Shown: in pieces, positions 35,510 to 48,029 of the stretch
Layout: each line of letters begins with the position of its first letter
Numbering within the stretch: position 1 is the first letter of the stretch
Assembly (NCBI GenBank): GCA_951406725.2
Contig: OX597814.1
Coordinates: 92,132,001 to 92,196,000 of the forward strand
Direction of reading: 5' to 3'
Origin: Octopus vulgaris
Taxonomy: Eukaryota
DNA: 64,000 bases
The notes under the pieces: model-generated
The model's input: the letters and a program-made list of their open reading frames with translations, nothing else
Told to the model about the DNA's origin: nothing
The model's database searches: none
Position numbers and translations under genes: made by a program

Positions 35510-38332
35510 TCATATGTTGTGGTGTGCGCTATTGCTCCATTCTAGTTTTCTATTCAGGCTAGGTTTATTTTCTATTATATGTGTAGCTTCTGTAATTTGT
35601 CTAATTGTTGCATCTGTTCTATGTGTGGACAATATCTTAATCTCTATGTTATTGATTGATCCCCCGTGTTCTTGTTCAGCGTGTTGGTACAGAATCGATG
35701 AGCTTTTACCTTCCTTGAGTTGTCTCCAATGTTCATTCACCCGCTCACCAATGCTTCTTGCTGTTTCCCCTACGTATGTTACTGTCTTGTTACTGCATCG
35801 TCCCTCTATACATCTTATACTATAGACCACATTTCTGGCTTTACAGTTTGTTTGTGGGCTAAATCTACATACAGTGCAATAGTTATCCGTACAGAGAGTT
35901 CTACTAAAAGGATAGCTTCTACCAATTATAGATCTGATAGGGTTGCCTGGCTTTTCAACAACCTTAATTCTTAGTTTAAGTTTATCTAGGGTCCTTCTAA
36001 AGCGGTACGCCAGTTCACCTCCAGGGGTGGTGTCAACGAACATGACACTCTGGTATTTATGGCTATCATACCAAGAGTTGGCCTTCCCTATTTTCTTTTT
36101 TGTCCTTTCTATAGTGTTCCATGACTTGTTCCTATAGAGTGGGCAAATCCCATTCCTATCATTACATAATATATTATCAAATTTCTTCATGGCTCCTTTG
36201 TATACTCTGACCCTTTCTTTATGGCTGTAACCTGAGAACTGCATGCGGTGAATGAAATACTGTATGTGTCTCTTTAATTCTGTAGGCTCGCACATGCGTG
36301 ACACATTTCTCATTATTCTGACGAGGTCTGCCATCAAAATATTGAATTTGGCATTGCCCGCAATGGCTGAGTTCCGGTGGATCAGGTATTTTGAGGCCAT
36401 AGGTTTTGCATAGTATGAATGAAGGATTTGGGTTTTATTTTTCACAATTTCTAGCCAGAGTTCAGTGTCTAGTACTGGTAGTCTATGGTTGGGGTGTTTA
36501 GTGGGGTAGTCTATTGTGACCTTAATACTCTGGTGGATGGAGTTAGCTATTTGCTGGATGCTCTCCATAGTATTAGTTTCTATTACTATATCAATATTAC
36601 TCTCTTGTGGGGGTGCCTTTACTACTATATTGATATCATCAACATAGCGAGAGTACATGTTTATGAGTATGGATTTCTGCAGTAGGCATTCTTTAAGCCT
36701 TCTGTCCCACCATACCATGAAGAGGTTGGCCACATCACCAGCGATACTAACACCGATGGCTGCCCCCTCGTCCTGGGCATATATTTTATTATTAAATTTA
36801 AATGTGTGGCCTTTTAGGGTAACTCTTATACTAGCTCCTAGTGCATGTGCGATCATTTTCTTTACCTGATGGACATTTGCGGGGCTCCGTATGGCTCTGG
36901 TCCATCCGCGCCATCTTTCTATATGTGTCTTCCTAGCCATAGAAGTAATTGTAGGCGGTCTACCTCTTAAACATCTACTGGGGCAGAAACTACTAAGATT
37001 ATGTTTATCTAAGTATTCACTATTATATGTCAGTCTAAGTAGGAGGCCCAGTTCTTCTGTGTCGACATTACAGAACTCCACCTGGCTCTCGTTGATCATC
37101 TCCACGCACTTCTCCACTGCAAAATCTACGTCAATCGATGGGTATAGGGATACCACATCCATGCTACCTACTATACATCCTGTCAAGTCACAAGTTTTGT
37201 TACAGTCACTGATCCTGCTTAGGAGATCTTCTGTGCTGTCACACACATCAGGTGACATCCTGATTATAGGGCGTATGATCATTGAGAGGAAGTAGGAGAT
37301 TCTGTAATTGCTAGCGATATTCGCTCCACAGACTGGTCTTGTTGGTGGTCCTGCTATAGGGTCAGTAAAACCTTTATGGTCCTTGCGAAGTCCATACAGT
37401 GCCGGGATATCATTGTTCCAGGCTTGGCAATTCCTTGCAGTACGTTTCTGAGGTCCTAGAACAATTGTCCACATCATCATGTGGGCATTGAGGACCTTTT
37501 CTCTCTCCTCATGCGCCTGTACAGTTGTTACTTTTGTATTGGCGATATGAGGTTGCATTGCCTGGATGTAGTTCGGTAAGCTGTCTATTGACATCCTGCC
37601 GGACTTATCCGTGGGAAGGCATATCACCTCTCCGTTCCTCGTGCGCTGAATGAGCTTCTGTAGGCCACATGCAGGTTTAATCCCGAGTTGTTGGGCATCT
37701 GTCTTATTCTGTCTCTGTCTCTTAATGTATAATCCTAAAATCTGTCTAAGTTTGGTCCTAGCTATAGTGAACTGTGCTTCCATGTGGTCATTAGTACGTC
37801 TTGGGATGTATACTCTTTTGTTGAAGGGTAATGTTGTTGGATAAATTCGGTTCATGCAGTAAGTTTTGTCGCATACGTTGAAGAATTGAGTGTCAAAGGG
37901 ATGGGTATACATGTCAATGGTCTCTCTAGGGTTATCTTCATTATCGTTACTGTTTCCAACATCAGCCTTCCTATTATTATTATCACCATTACCACTACTA
38001 CTACTACTAGTATTCCTATTACCACCACAACTATCACTACTATCCTCATTACTACTTCTACTGTTACCATCACCACTACTACTACCACTATTATTGTTAT
38101 TACCTTTATTCCTACTATTGCCATTATTACTATCATCGCTAGTGATATATTCATTGTTCCTGTTTCTGGTATATGTGTTGTTTATATTAGTGTTGGGTTT
38201 TATGTCTGTCTGTTGGTCCCTGTCATTCCCCCTGTTGCGGTCGTTATTTTTGTTCCTATGAGTATTGTTATCTGTTTCAAGTCCGCTGACTCCCTGTCCA
38301 AGGATCCTGTTGCATTCAACTTTATTCTCCAT
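35510..38332 (-). CDS. Penelope-like reverse transcriptase plus GIY-YIG endonuclease (940 aa; probably Naiad-type)
   Basis: TDKSG, KDHK, PPTRPV, SMDVVSLYPSI, long insert between motifs A and B, QDEGAAIG, YSRYVDD, PVLD, linker CTDNYCTVC, NVVYSIRC...YVGETARSIGERVNEH...E..I...PSLN. Confidence 0.93.
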   Translation of the reverse strand: MENKVECNRILGQGVSGLETDNNTHRNKNNDRNRGNDRDQQTDIKPNTNINNTYTRNRNNEYITSDDSNNGNSRNKGNNNNSGSSSGDGNSRSSNEDSSDSCGGNRNTSSSSSGNGDNNNRKADVGNSNDNEDNPRETIDMYTHPFDTQFFNVCDKTYCMNRIYPTTLPFNKRVYIPRRTNDHMEAQFTIARTKLRQILGLYIKRQRQNKTDAQQLGIKPACGLQKLIQRTRNGEVICLPTDKSGRMSIDSLPNYIQAMQPHIANTKVTTVQAHEEREKVLNAHMMMWTIVLGPQKRTARNCQAWNNDIPALYGLRKDHKGFTDPIAGPPTRPVCGANIASNYRISYFLSMIIRPIIRMSPDVCDSTEDLLSRISDCNKTCDLTGCIVGSMDVVSLYPSIDVDFAVEKCVEMINESQVEFCNVDTEELGLLLRLTYNSEYLDKHNLSSFCPSRCLRGRPPTITSMARKTHIERWRGWTRAIRSPANVHQVKKMIAHALGASIRVTLKGHTFKFNNKIYAQDEGAAIGVSIAGDVANLFMVWWDRRLKECLLQKSILINMYSRYVDDINIVVKAPPQESNIDIVIETNTMESIQQIANSIHQSIKVTIDYPTKHPNHRLPVLDTELWLEIVKNKTQILHSYYAKPMASKYLIHRNSAIAGNAKFNILMADLVRIMRNVSRMCEPTELKRHIQYFIHRMQFSGYSHKERVRVYKGAMKKFDNILCNDRNGICPLYRNKSWNTIERTKKKIGKANSWYDSHKYQSVMFVDTTPGGELAYRFRRTLDKLKLRIKVVEKPGNPIRSIIGRSYPFSRTLCTDNYCTVCRFSPQTNCKARNVVYSIRCIEGRCSNKTVTYVGETARSIGERVNEHWRQLKEGKSSSILYQHAEQEHGGSINNIEIKILSTHRTDATIRQITEATHIIENKPSLNRKLEWSNSAHHNI

Positions 38333-38463
38333 CGTGACCCCTATGACACGAAATAAGATTAAGATTAATGTAAAAAATAAATATCACTGAAGCAAAATAA
38401 CACCAAGTATATAGTGCGTGTGTTTTTATTGGCTAAACTGGCAATATGACCATTCCGAAATAT

Positions 38464-38504
<41 letters not shown>

Positions 38505-38554
38505 TATATATATATATGTATATATATGTGTATATATATATGTATATATATATA

Positions 38555-39235
38555 GAGAGAGAAAATAGTAAAAAGTGAAAAAACTACAGAAGGCTTGTTT
38601 TAAAAGGTTAAAAAATATATTTGAGTCATTATGTCAGAAGAATGTTATAACATTTTTTCATACAGTGATATAGTTTTTGAAGAAATTACCGGTTTCGTGT
38701 TAACTTTTCAAATTTCTCAAAACATCGTGTTATGTCTTCGTTATAAAGTGTAGAGAAAGTTCCAGGTAAGGGGAGGTTATAAGTGATTTCTTCCGGTGTA
38801 AGGGAGATAATCGCTTTATATTTCTTGTCCCTTTTATTTAATGGGGTGAGTTTCTGTGTATAAGAATGTTAGAGTGGTTAAGTTTGGGCTTATATTTTTC
38901 AATGAAGAATGTTTCCTTGTTTAGTCTAATTTGTGTTGGTGTTCCAATAGCACATTGATAAAATGGAAATATTAAAAATTGTGGTAGTAGTTGCTTTGCG
39001 CATTTCTCAATATGCTCACTAAAGGGTATCATTCTGTATTCTGAGAATGCAATCTGTTGTCGATGCAGTGTGCATCTATGTCTGAGTGATAATCCCGTGG
39101 ACCTCATGTAGTTTTGGTGGCAGCCCGAGCATCTTATGACATAAATTATGTTTTCAGAAGCACAAGTAAAATTAGATTTGATCTTGAATTTTTATCCCTC
39201 TTTGAAGAGGAATTCTGATCCGTCTAAAATTGTTT
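38555..39235 (-). mobile_element. Penelope-like (Neptune-type) 3' fragment: GIY-YIG plus pLTR
   Basis: FKIKSNFTCASENIIYVIRCSGCHQNYMRSTGLSLRHRCTLHRQQI...SEHIEKC...KETFFIEKYKPKLN; decayed hammerhead half GAAACCGGUA at 38681-38717. Confidence 0.85.
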
Positions 39236-39269
39236 TCTGAAATTACGGATGCAAAAGTAAAAAAATGTG

Positions 39270-40596
39270 GTAGACCAAACTGCCCAACATGCCCAAACCT
39301 TCTAGAGAAACCTTTGTTTCTCGCGACGAATCTTAGCAAGTATTAATTGTGTTACAAAGGATTTGCCTGTACCTCTAGTAGCATCGAGGAAATAAATGCC
39401 GCCCACCTGATTTTCAATGGCACTGACGATAGTTTCGTACACTAGCCTCTGATCATGGAACAATTTCGGGTCATTTAATCTCAAGTGCTCCGCAAGGCCA
39501 TCAGCGTCATATAGCAACTCCAGAAGTAACTTTTGTGGGAGTGTGTTAACGTCCTATCGCAATGATGATGGCAAACCAAATGTGTTCAACGCTGCCCCAC
39601 CCATTTTGAGCAGGGCATCATCGATTTCAATCAGCGCATTATTGTAGATCAGGTCATTGTATGCAATGCCAGCATTAGGGCACTGTTGCTTTGCAAATCA
39701 CCGAGAAAGCAAAATTACGTACAGAGAATTTCATAAACAGAAATGAATGGAAAAAACGGTTTTGGATTAAATTTTTAGATTAACATTTCCACGATTTTCA
39801 CTAAGAGAAAAAATCGGAACTTTTGTGTGGAATCAACTACCCTGGCCTCCTAATATGCTACAAGACCCTTTTTGTGGTCCGAGAAACGGGGTGGGGTGTG
39901 ATGGAGCCTCGGAAATTTTGCCCATTTATATTGTGTAATTCACTGACAAATTGCTACCTACCACTTTATTTCTATGTTGTTAAATAAATAGATTCTCAAC
40001 AAAACACATTATACCTCGACGTAAAATAAAAACAAAACTCTTTCGCGCTCAAAGTAATGTGTGTTTGAGGATGGAGAAAGACGAACGATTTAAGATAAAT
40101 AAATAATTTTAAATATATATTTTTTAATTGTTGTGCGAGAAAGTATATATAATCTGATTATAAAATATAGTGTTTTTCTGAAACATCCTAAATTTGAATA
40201 CTATATCTCGTGTTTAAGAAAAAAACATTTTACATTTTTATTTTTGGTGAACGCTGTCACTTTTTCCGTCACACACACACACACACATACATCAACACAT
40301 AACTTCTCTCACCCTCACACACACACCCACACACACATGTTCACTTCGCTATGGCAAGAAGGGACTTAACTCATGTTAGCAATCTTCAAAATTGGTAAAA
40401 GCTAAGGTTGAAAATCAATTTTTACCGCTACCCGCGGGTGCCTCGGGAAAAATAATTTGACAAAAATACAGCTAGGATCGTGACGAATGTCCTCCTAAAA
40501 TTGGAGCGACATGCGCGCTAATTAGTGGATGTGCATAAATTACATTCATGTACACACACACACATACATACACATCTTGCCTTTTATATATACAGA
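39270..40596 (-). mobile_element. Deleted Helitron with a PIF1-like helicase remnant
   Basis: DQRLVYETI...GGIYFLDATRGTGKSFVTQLILAKIR (39302-39517) matches RepHel FLDAPGGTGKTF; 5' terminus TCTGTATATATAAAAGGCAAG at 40596; 3' end degenerate. Confidence 0.75.
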
Positions 40597-41445
40597 TATA
40601 TTACGAGTTACATAACAGACTGCCTTGGAAATATATGTACGCTGGATTTACTTTCTCCATTCCCTATACATATATAGACAGAAAATTTTAGACACTCTCC
40701 GACTACAAAATTCTTTCGCAGTGCTTATATCAGACCAGGGGTGCAGAACACTCTTGATGCAGGTGTTGCAGAGTGAACCGATGCAAATACAAAGCTAGCG
40801 TGTTAACCACATATCCATGCCTGAGTCATAATATATATATTAATATTGTTTCATATGATTGTTTGAACAAATAAAATTTCGATTGAGTTCAGAAATTTTA
40901 GTATCTCTTTAAAGATAAAAATATAGTTATTTAGCCCTGCACTCAGAGAACTTCTTTATTCCTAAAATTTTAGTTTCATAATAAAATACTAATCTTGGCA
41001 AAGTCAGTTAAATTTATTAGATTTTAAATATTTAATTACTCTTTTCTCAACACTAATCAACTCACGTTAGGAAACAAAGTTATCATTTACACAAGCCTGT
41101 ACCTCAAAACCCAACACTTGCTCTGCAGCACACGTCGCAAATAAATTATTACTTAGTAGTCGCATTGTCACAAATTCGTTGTGTAAAATAAGACAACAAT
41201 ATGTCGTATAATTCAAGATAATTAGTGACACAAGGCAAATGTATTTCACTCGGCTGTTTTAAAGTAACTTCATATTGAATTAACTTTTCAGTGACACTAA
41301 AAAAACTGTTTTACTCGCCTGCACACATTTTATAGAGTTTTTATGTTCCAAATATTTAGTTTTGCTTGTTTTGGTATTATTATCTAAACTAATAGTATTT
41401 TCCAGATGAGTCAATTTTTGCTACAGTGCTAGTTATAACATTGTT

Positions 41446-41678
41446 ATTTCTTTATTGTCCCACAAGGGGCTAAACATAGAGGGGACAAACAAGGACAGAT
41501 AAAGTGTTTAAGTCGATTATATCGACCCCAGTACGTAACTGGTACTTAATTTATCGACCCCGAAAGGATGACAGGCAAAGTTGACCTCGGCGAAATTTGA
41601 ACTCAGAACGTAGCGGCAGACGAAATACCGCTAAGTATTTCGCCCGGCATGCTAACGATTCTGTCAGCTCGTTGCCTT
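41446..41678 (-). mobile_element. SINE (same family as 19362-19588)
   Basis: Reverse-complement match along the full length. Confidence 0.85.
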
Positions 41679-42099
41679 TATAACGCTAGTTATAACATTC
41701 TTTATTCATTATAAATCTAACTTGGTGGAGATTGTCTGAAAAACAATAAACATAACAAAATAACTCTACAAAGATGCGAGTGAAGTGCTTATATTTAATG
41801 CAATATGTCCAAACAATAGTCATGTGTTTAGAAAAATCACAGAACAGCTTTCATGCTGTTTTAAATATATATTCGTTTATTTATAACTGAAATATTTGAA
41901 ATATTATTTACTTTATTTACTTCATTTGGTACTTTAGACATACATGTTCAGTGATAATGTACAAAATAACGTACAAAATATTGTACCGGACACTAGAACT
42001 TCTGTATGTGTGACTTCATGATATTCATGATATTATATTGCGTGATCTTTTTCTGGATTTAGTCGCAGATATTTTTGTGTGTAGTAGAAAAAACGCCCA

Positions 42100-43320
42100 G
42101 AAGAGATAGAAGTATACCAATGAGAACCTCAACTAAGCTTCTGGAGAGTTACTAATCGTTGTCAGCTGAGATAGTTTCTGATCAACAATAAGAATGCCAG
42201 TCTTTATGATAAACTTTGAGACTTAAGAATGTCCCTACGGCCGCTGAAAGGCTCTTTGTAAGTGAATCCCAGTATTTAGAGCTACCGCTAGTGTTCTCGT
42301 GTTTAGGTGTTAGTGGAGCGATAATGTTTCGTTGCATGTCTATTGACTGTCTTTTGTTAAATTTGTCAAGAAGGTTTGAGACTGTACGACAATATTTCCG
42401 AGGTTTCTATTTATGAGGTCGGTGCAGATTTGTTTTGAGGCCCTTAGGCGGTATATGTAAGAGTATAGAACAGTAGGAAGAAAAGAAGAGTGGAATCACC
42501 TGTAGAAGAGTAGATATTGGAAATTAGAACAAATAGATCGTTTTGGGATAAGACGTGTTAAGTACGATGTCCGACCGCGAAAGACAAGTGAGTTAACAGA
42601 TTAAAGGAAACATTGTCAGCACACTTTACGATTATGTAACTACCCAAAAGACATGACGATAGGAAACCTATAGGGGTACAGATATTTCAATGAGTTTGCA
42701 TTGTAAATCCAGTCGAAAGTTTTGAGTATTATGAAAGTTACAACACTACTTCAGCCAAATTTTTTCCCAAAGTAAGAGACCGCTGGAGAATGACGTAAAA
42801 CCGTCGATCTTCAATAGAGACACCTTTACGAAAATCGTATTGTTGATCATTACGTACAGGGAGAGACTCGAAATGATTAAGTAGAGATGTGCGTCTTGAA
42901 ATGGAGCACATTGTAACATCCAAAATCCAGATGTAGCGTTATTGAGAAATAAATTGAAATAATTGCTGAGAATAATTGTTTTATGAGAACATTATTTGAG
43001 AGTAAAAGACATTATATTCTTTGAACCAGTAGCCTTGTTGGGTGAAGTGCCTGATGTTCAGCGTTTGTGAAGTGGAAAGGAATACATTGAGATGTTCATA
43101 ATGTGTAGGGTTTAGTAATAGTTTCTCAAACCAGAATACTGCTTGTACATCTACCATCATTTAAAATGGGTGAAAGGATGATTTTGTAAAGTTGGTAGTG
43201 ATGCTTTTTCCAATGTCACATTGTCTTCAGGACAACAAACTAAAAGATTGTTGTTGATGAAAATAAGTCAGAAATACAGGACCCTCTAGACATCAGTAAT
43301 GAATTACATCAGTTGTTGAG
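42100..43320 (-). pseudogene. Decayed jockey/CR1-group LINE reverse transcriptase
   Basis: SPNKATG; LLNHFES...DQQYDFRKGVS (QYGFR..RS); many stops. Boundaries approximate. Confidence 0.6.
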
Positions 43321-43989
43321 TACTAATTTACCTTGAACAGAAACTTTGGGGTAAAAAGGAGTTTATGAAGGACAGTAAATCAATTTTAACAAAGAAAACT
43401 AAGAACAATGAAGATAGCGTGGCGTTTGAATATATCCGTAGAGAATCAACTGCCCTTTGATAAGAAATTCTCCAAAACAAGCAAATCTTGCTAAATCGAA
43501 ATTTTGTCCTTACCAATTCATGAGATATCTGGTTGTCTTAGTTCCAAACAAACACATTTTAATCAACAACGCTGAAGACATTGTGAAGAAATAGATAAAT
43601 CATTTCATAGAGCTTTCGGACAATTGACAAGGACGTTATATAAGACCTACTACAGCGGATAGATATTGAACAATAATTCTAACATGGGGATATCAAAATT
43701 GCTATTAAGCAGTCCAAAGATATGAAAACCCCCAAGAGCTGAAATTATGCAAGATGAGATCAAGTCTGGTAGAGATATGGTGACTTCTCAACATACAAAA
43801 AGGATAGCTTTTCCTCACCAGAGTTGAGGAATTACAATACTAATTTCACAGCACAGAGACACAAGCAGAAAGCAAAGCTGTAGTAATTCAGTTGTTTGTC
43901 ACTTGTTAAAATTTCCCCCAGAGTTTAATTGTATCGATTGCAGGTATTATAATCTTATAAATCCTATATTATATATATATATGTTTTGT

Positions 43990-44292
43990 TTGTTCCTTCA
44001 CGATCCACGCCTGGTTCATAAGGACCGGTTTCCCAGTTTCCTTGGTTTATAGGTTCCCCACCTGGATGGGACGCCTGTCCGTCGTAGGTAAGCTACAAGA
44101 TGCAGCAGGAAGGAGTGAGAGAAAGTTGTAGCGAAAGAGTCAGCAGAAGTTCGCCATTACCTTCTGCCGGAACCGCGAGAAGCTTACGTGTTTCGCTCAT
44201 GAACACACACATCACCCGGTCTGAGATAGATTCGAACCCGCGATCCCTCGACCGCGAGTCCGCTGCTCTAACCACTAGGCCATGTGCCTCCA
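43990..44292 (-). mobile_element. tRNA-derived SINE with clear A and B boxes
   Basis: GGAGGCACATGGCCTAGTGGTTAGAGC...GGGTTCGAATC followed by a ~230 nt non-tRNA body; a similar decayed head at 9375-9455 (+). Confidence 0.8.
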
Positions 44293-44378
44293 CATACGCA
44301 CACACACACACACATATATATATATATGTATGTATACATACATATATATATATGTGTTTGTGTGTGTATTTGTGTGTG

Positions 44379-44523
44379 TAAACTCAAAATAAGCAACAGC
44401 ATATCAAGAAGTGATGCAGTACGACCTTTTCAAGCTGCTCCATTCAATTGAACAATTAAATGGAGCCGCTTGAAACGGTCGTATTGCATCATTTCTTGAT
44501 ATCTTGTTTCTTATTTTGATTTT
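44379..44523. repeat. Imperfect ~145 bp foldback of a PLE pLTR-like sequence
   Basis: ATATCAAGAAGTGATGCAGTACGACC...CTCCATT / AATGGAG...GGTCGTATTGCATCATTTCTTGATAT; contains GAAACGGTCGTA; homolog at ~56030-56095. Confidence 0.8.
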
Positions 44524-44613
44524 ATTCACCTTACTTCGAGCTGTCCAGATAATACCGGACTGACTTGGTGCTTTAACTTAAGTACCTAATTGAACTGAAT
44601 CTCAATTATATAC

Positions 44614-44672
<59 letters not shown>

Positions 44673-46354
44673 TCATCCCTATCCTAGATCCTCAACATGT
44701 ATTTAGATCCGGTAGAAGAACCATAGATATTATCTTTAGCGTCAATTGAAGAAATGCATAGTCAGAAACACTCTCTTTACTAGGTTTTCTCTTAGAAACA
44801 TTCAGAAAATGACAAAACCTTTTCTCCAATATCTATACTGGTTTTGGACTTACAACAATCCAGAAGAAATCGAATATGATGTTGACATTTGCTCCATAAA
44901 AGCAGTACGAGAAACCAAATATACTTGCCTGCACAAGGGAGCAAACTTCATGTACTGGATTCTTTGATAGCTAAATCAACTTGGAGAAGGATTGAGACGA
45001 CTATAGTTGCGTTTCGATTGGGTTGGAAAGACGGGCCTGATTAAGACAAAATTTTTAATTGATTACCAAGCTTAGCATTTATGATGCATAATAATCACAT
45101 CTGATCAATGGTAGTTCTCCTTTAGTCTACTTTCTAGATCACGCGTGTTGTGTAACAAAAGGTAGATTAGTAAAGTCTTTTGCAATATCCGCTTGTAAAA
45201 GTTTGTGAATAATTCGCATACACTCGGTTTAGAAATATTACGTCATACATTTAAGATTGAAGAAGCTCTATAACATGAGGTCAAAAATTTCGGCTTTTAT
45301 ACTGAGGTTAGTTTACTGGCGAAGGTGTCGTTTTGCCCCTGTATGTTATCCATAGTGTTGTACGTGTCTTGTGTTTCTTTCTAAAGCCTTCCGTGCATCT
45401 AATAATAGTCGCCCTTAGCAAAGAGAAAAATTAATATTGGACTAAGAAGTAGTTTCATATGGCAGTGCTGCTCAATCCATTTATGAGGATGGTAACCAAA
45501 CGAAGGCCGATGGTAATGAGCAGACTTACTAGGAATATAAGCCTAACGGAAAAAAATAGCTGTAAACAACAAGTGGAGGAATATATCTCCGGCGAATCTT
45601 TACTGAGAAAGATCTCATAACTAATGAGAAAAGTCATTGTCCTGTGTGGCTTACGTCCCAGATGAAATAAGATTAGCAACTATTTGCAAGAATAACAAAA
45701 GATTTGAGCAATGGATGTAAATTATGTTAAAATGAATTGTATGTTTCCGGGTCAAGTAAGTAAAGCCAATCCTGTTAAAATATTTGAATCCTGGGGTAAA
45801 TTTCATGCGATTGATATCTGTTGGTTAAAATTAGAATCTTGATAGCATAGTGATCACTTGTTTGGTTGATTGGTTGGCTGTCTGTTTAAAAGCTAACTGA
45901 TAAACATGCATTTGTTTGCATTTTACCACGCGTGAGAATGCACAGGAGAGAAAATATTTCTGCAGATTTTGTGGTCTGACAGTAAATTGATCTTATCGAT
46001 ATTATGTTCATAGAATATCGCTACGATAGAAAGGATTTGAGGAATAATTGTCGGGTGCCCATGGAAGCTTTAGCTATAATGGAATGTCTGTAACGGGTTT
46101 GATATTAATGGTTGTGTTAAATTTATTCATTGTTTCTAACACATCGGTGAAAGTGAATATGATGAATATATATTTGATTCTGTCAACTCTGCTGCGATGG
46201 TGTGAATATAAAATATTTTTGCACATATTGTTGCATAAGATTGCTGTGCATACGGGTATATATGTGCACGAGTGTGCTTGTATATGCATATATACACATA
46301 TACTATTATAGGTATGCATTAACGATGCAGACCTACACACATAGATACACATAG

Positions 46355-46385
<31 letters not shown>

Positions 46386-46894
46386 CACATATAATCGTGT
46401 ACATAAGTATGACTGTAGCATGACTATATAAATATAAATGTACACGTATATGAATAGACATAAATCAATATAAATATACACATAAATTATTACCTTCTTG
46501 CATTTGTAATTGTTGTTTGTGTATTTGTTTATAAATGAGATTTTATTTCACAATAGAGGAAACATTTTATCTGAGCCTTGAGGATAACCTTAAGAAGTAA
46601 AATATTGCTTTTGTATAGATGGTTTTATGAGGCAGTGAAAAATAGGATTTCAAAACTCTGTTAATTTTCATTTATGAGATAATGTATTTTAAAACAAAAG
46701 TTAAAATTAATTTCTATATGATAGGTATTTTTTTAAAATGAAAGCTAATGTCTTTATGTACGTAGTAATATTTTTTAACCGAAAGCTAACATTTTCTGAA
46801 ATGAAAATTGATTTCCATCACATTACCCACCTATTAAATATCATAGAAATATATATACATAGTCTGAATATCCAATTACAAATACAGAAAACAT

Positions 46895-47072
46895 GTTGAT
46901 GATGATGGTGGTGGTGGTGGTGGTGGTGGTGGTGGTGGTGGTGGTGGTGGTGGTGATGGTGTTGTTGTTGTTGGTGGTGGTGGTGGTGTTAGTGGTGGTG
47001 GTGGTGGCTTCGGTGGCGGCGGCAGCGGCGGTGGTATTTGCGGTGATGATGGTGGTGATGATGACGACGATC

Positions 47073-47123
<51 letters not shown>

Positions 47124-47224
47124 GTGGTGGTGATGGTGATGATGAAAATGAGGAGGAGGTGGTGGAGGAGGAGGTGGTGGAGGAGGAGGTGGTGGAGGAG
47201 GAGGTGGTGGAGGAGGAGGAGGAG
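46895..47224. repeat. Compound trinucleotide microsatellite (GGT/GAT/GGA)n
   Basis: Seen directly; abuts a SINE tail remnant at 47224-47285. Confidence 0.95.
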
Positions 47225-47301
47225 GCACAAGGTCAAAAATTTTGTGAGGCAGTAACAAGTCGATTTCATTGACCCTCGTTCCCAATCAAGAGAATAATAA
47301 C

Positions 47302-47352
<51 letters not shown>

Positions 47353-47353
<1 letters not shown>

Positions 47354-47547
47354 GCCCTGATGCAGTCCTAGTCAGTGGCTGTCATTGCTTCTTATCTTAA
47401 CTGATTGGAAGTACATTGTTTTGTCTTGGTATAAAAGATGGGCTACAGCAAATATTCTGCTCAATACCACAGATTTGCTTGTCAGTTGTTTGACCTTAAC
47501 CAGTTGAGCATGTCCCTTAGTGGCTGACGATATGTGCATCTCTGATC
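47353..47547 (+). mobile_element. Partial copy of the TAA-associated non-coding element (see 28389-28937)
   Basis: Reverse complement of 28738-28937 with a small internal deletion. Confidence 0.8.
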
Positions 47548-47998
47548 CAAGTCAAATGAAGAATTGGTACACCTGACATTGAGAAGAAACGCTAGAAAAC
47601 TTCAGTATAATAACGCCATACTGTCAAAAGGAATCTGTGGTGCTTTCTTACTTCAGACAGAACAGCTTTGTTTATCGAAAGTTTTTCAATTCATCCTCAT
47701 ATTCCTTCTTTCTGCCTGCCTACTTATTAGTTACTAAATTGTTGGTTTCGCAGTACTTGCGGCAGCTTGCGTAAACTTTGCACTTAGTGTTCAGTCAAGC
47801 AATGGGGTTATAATTTTCTGACAAATCGGTTATGTTATTCTTAAATATATGATTCCTCTTTGCTGTAGCAATTCAAATCGGTATGTCAATTTGCCTTCCA
47901 TAGTTGTTTTGAATATAAACATTAAAGTTTTTCTATAGGTCAGCCTCATGTGCCAGCATCTAACTGCCAGATGCTTTCTCGTTATGTAGTTTGTCTGA

Positions 47999-48029
<31 letters not shown>

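Larger units (their letters stand above)
34773..38471 (-). mobile_element. Young Penelope-like retroelement with inverted 5' pLTR, inserted in (TA)n
   Basis: Open RT-GIY-YIG ORF; near-perfect ~123 bp inverted repeat 34827-34949 / 38349-38471; hammerhead in the 3' pLTR; TA tracts on both sides. Confidence 0.93.

Noticed and set aside
35504-35512. Selenocysteine read-through in the Naiad-like PLE
   Set aside because: The ORF has no internal TGA, the terminal TGA is followed by CGA TAG, and I recognised no SECIS.
44215-44292. tRNA gene
   Set aside because: A and B boxes are present, but the acceptor stem does not close and the sequence runs into a SINE body.
46841-47285. Poly-Pro/poly-His and poly-Val/Met ORFs
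   Set aside because: Compound triplet repeat grown from a SINE tail; open in several frames on both strands.
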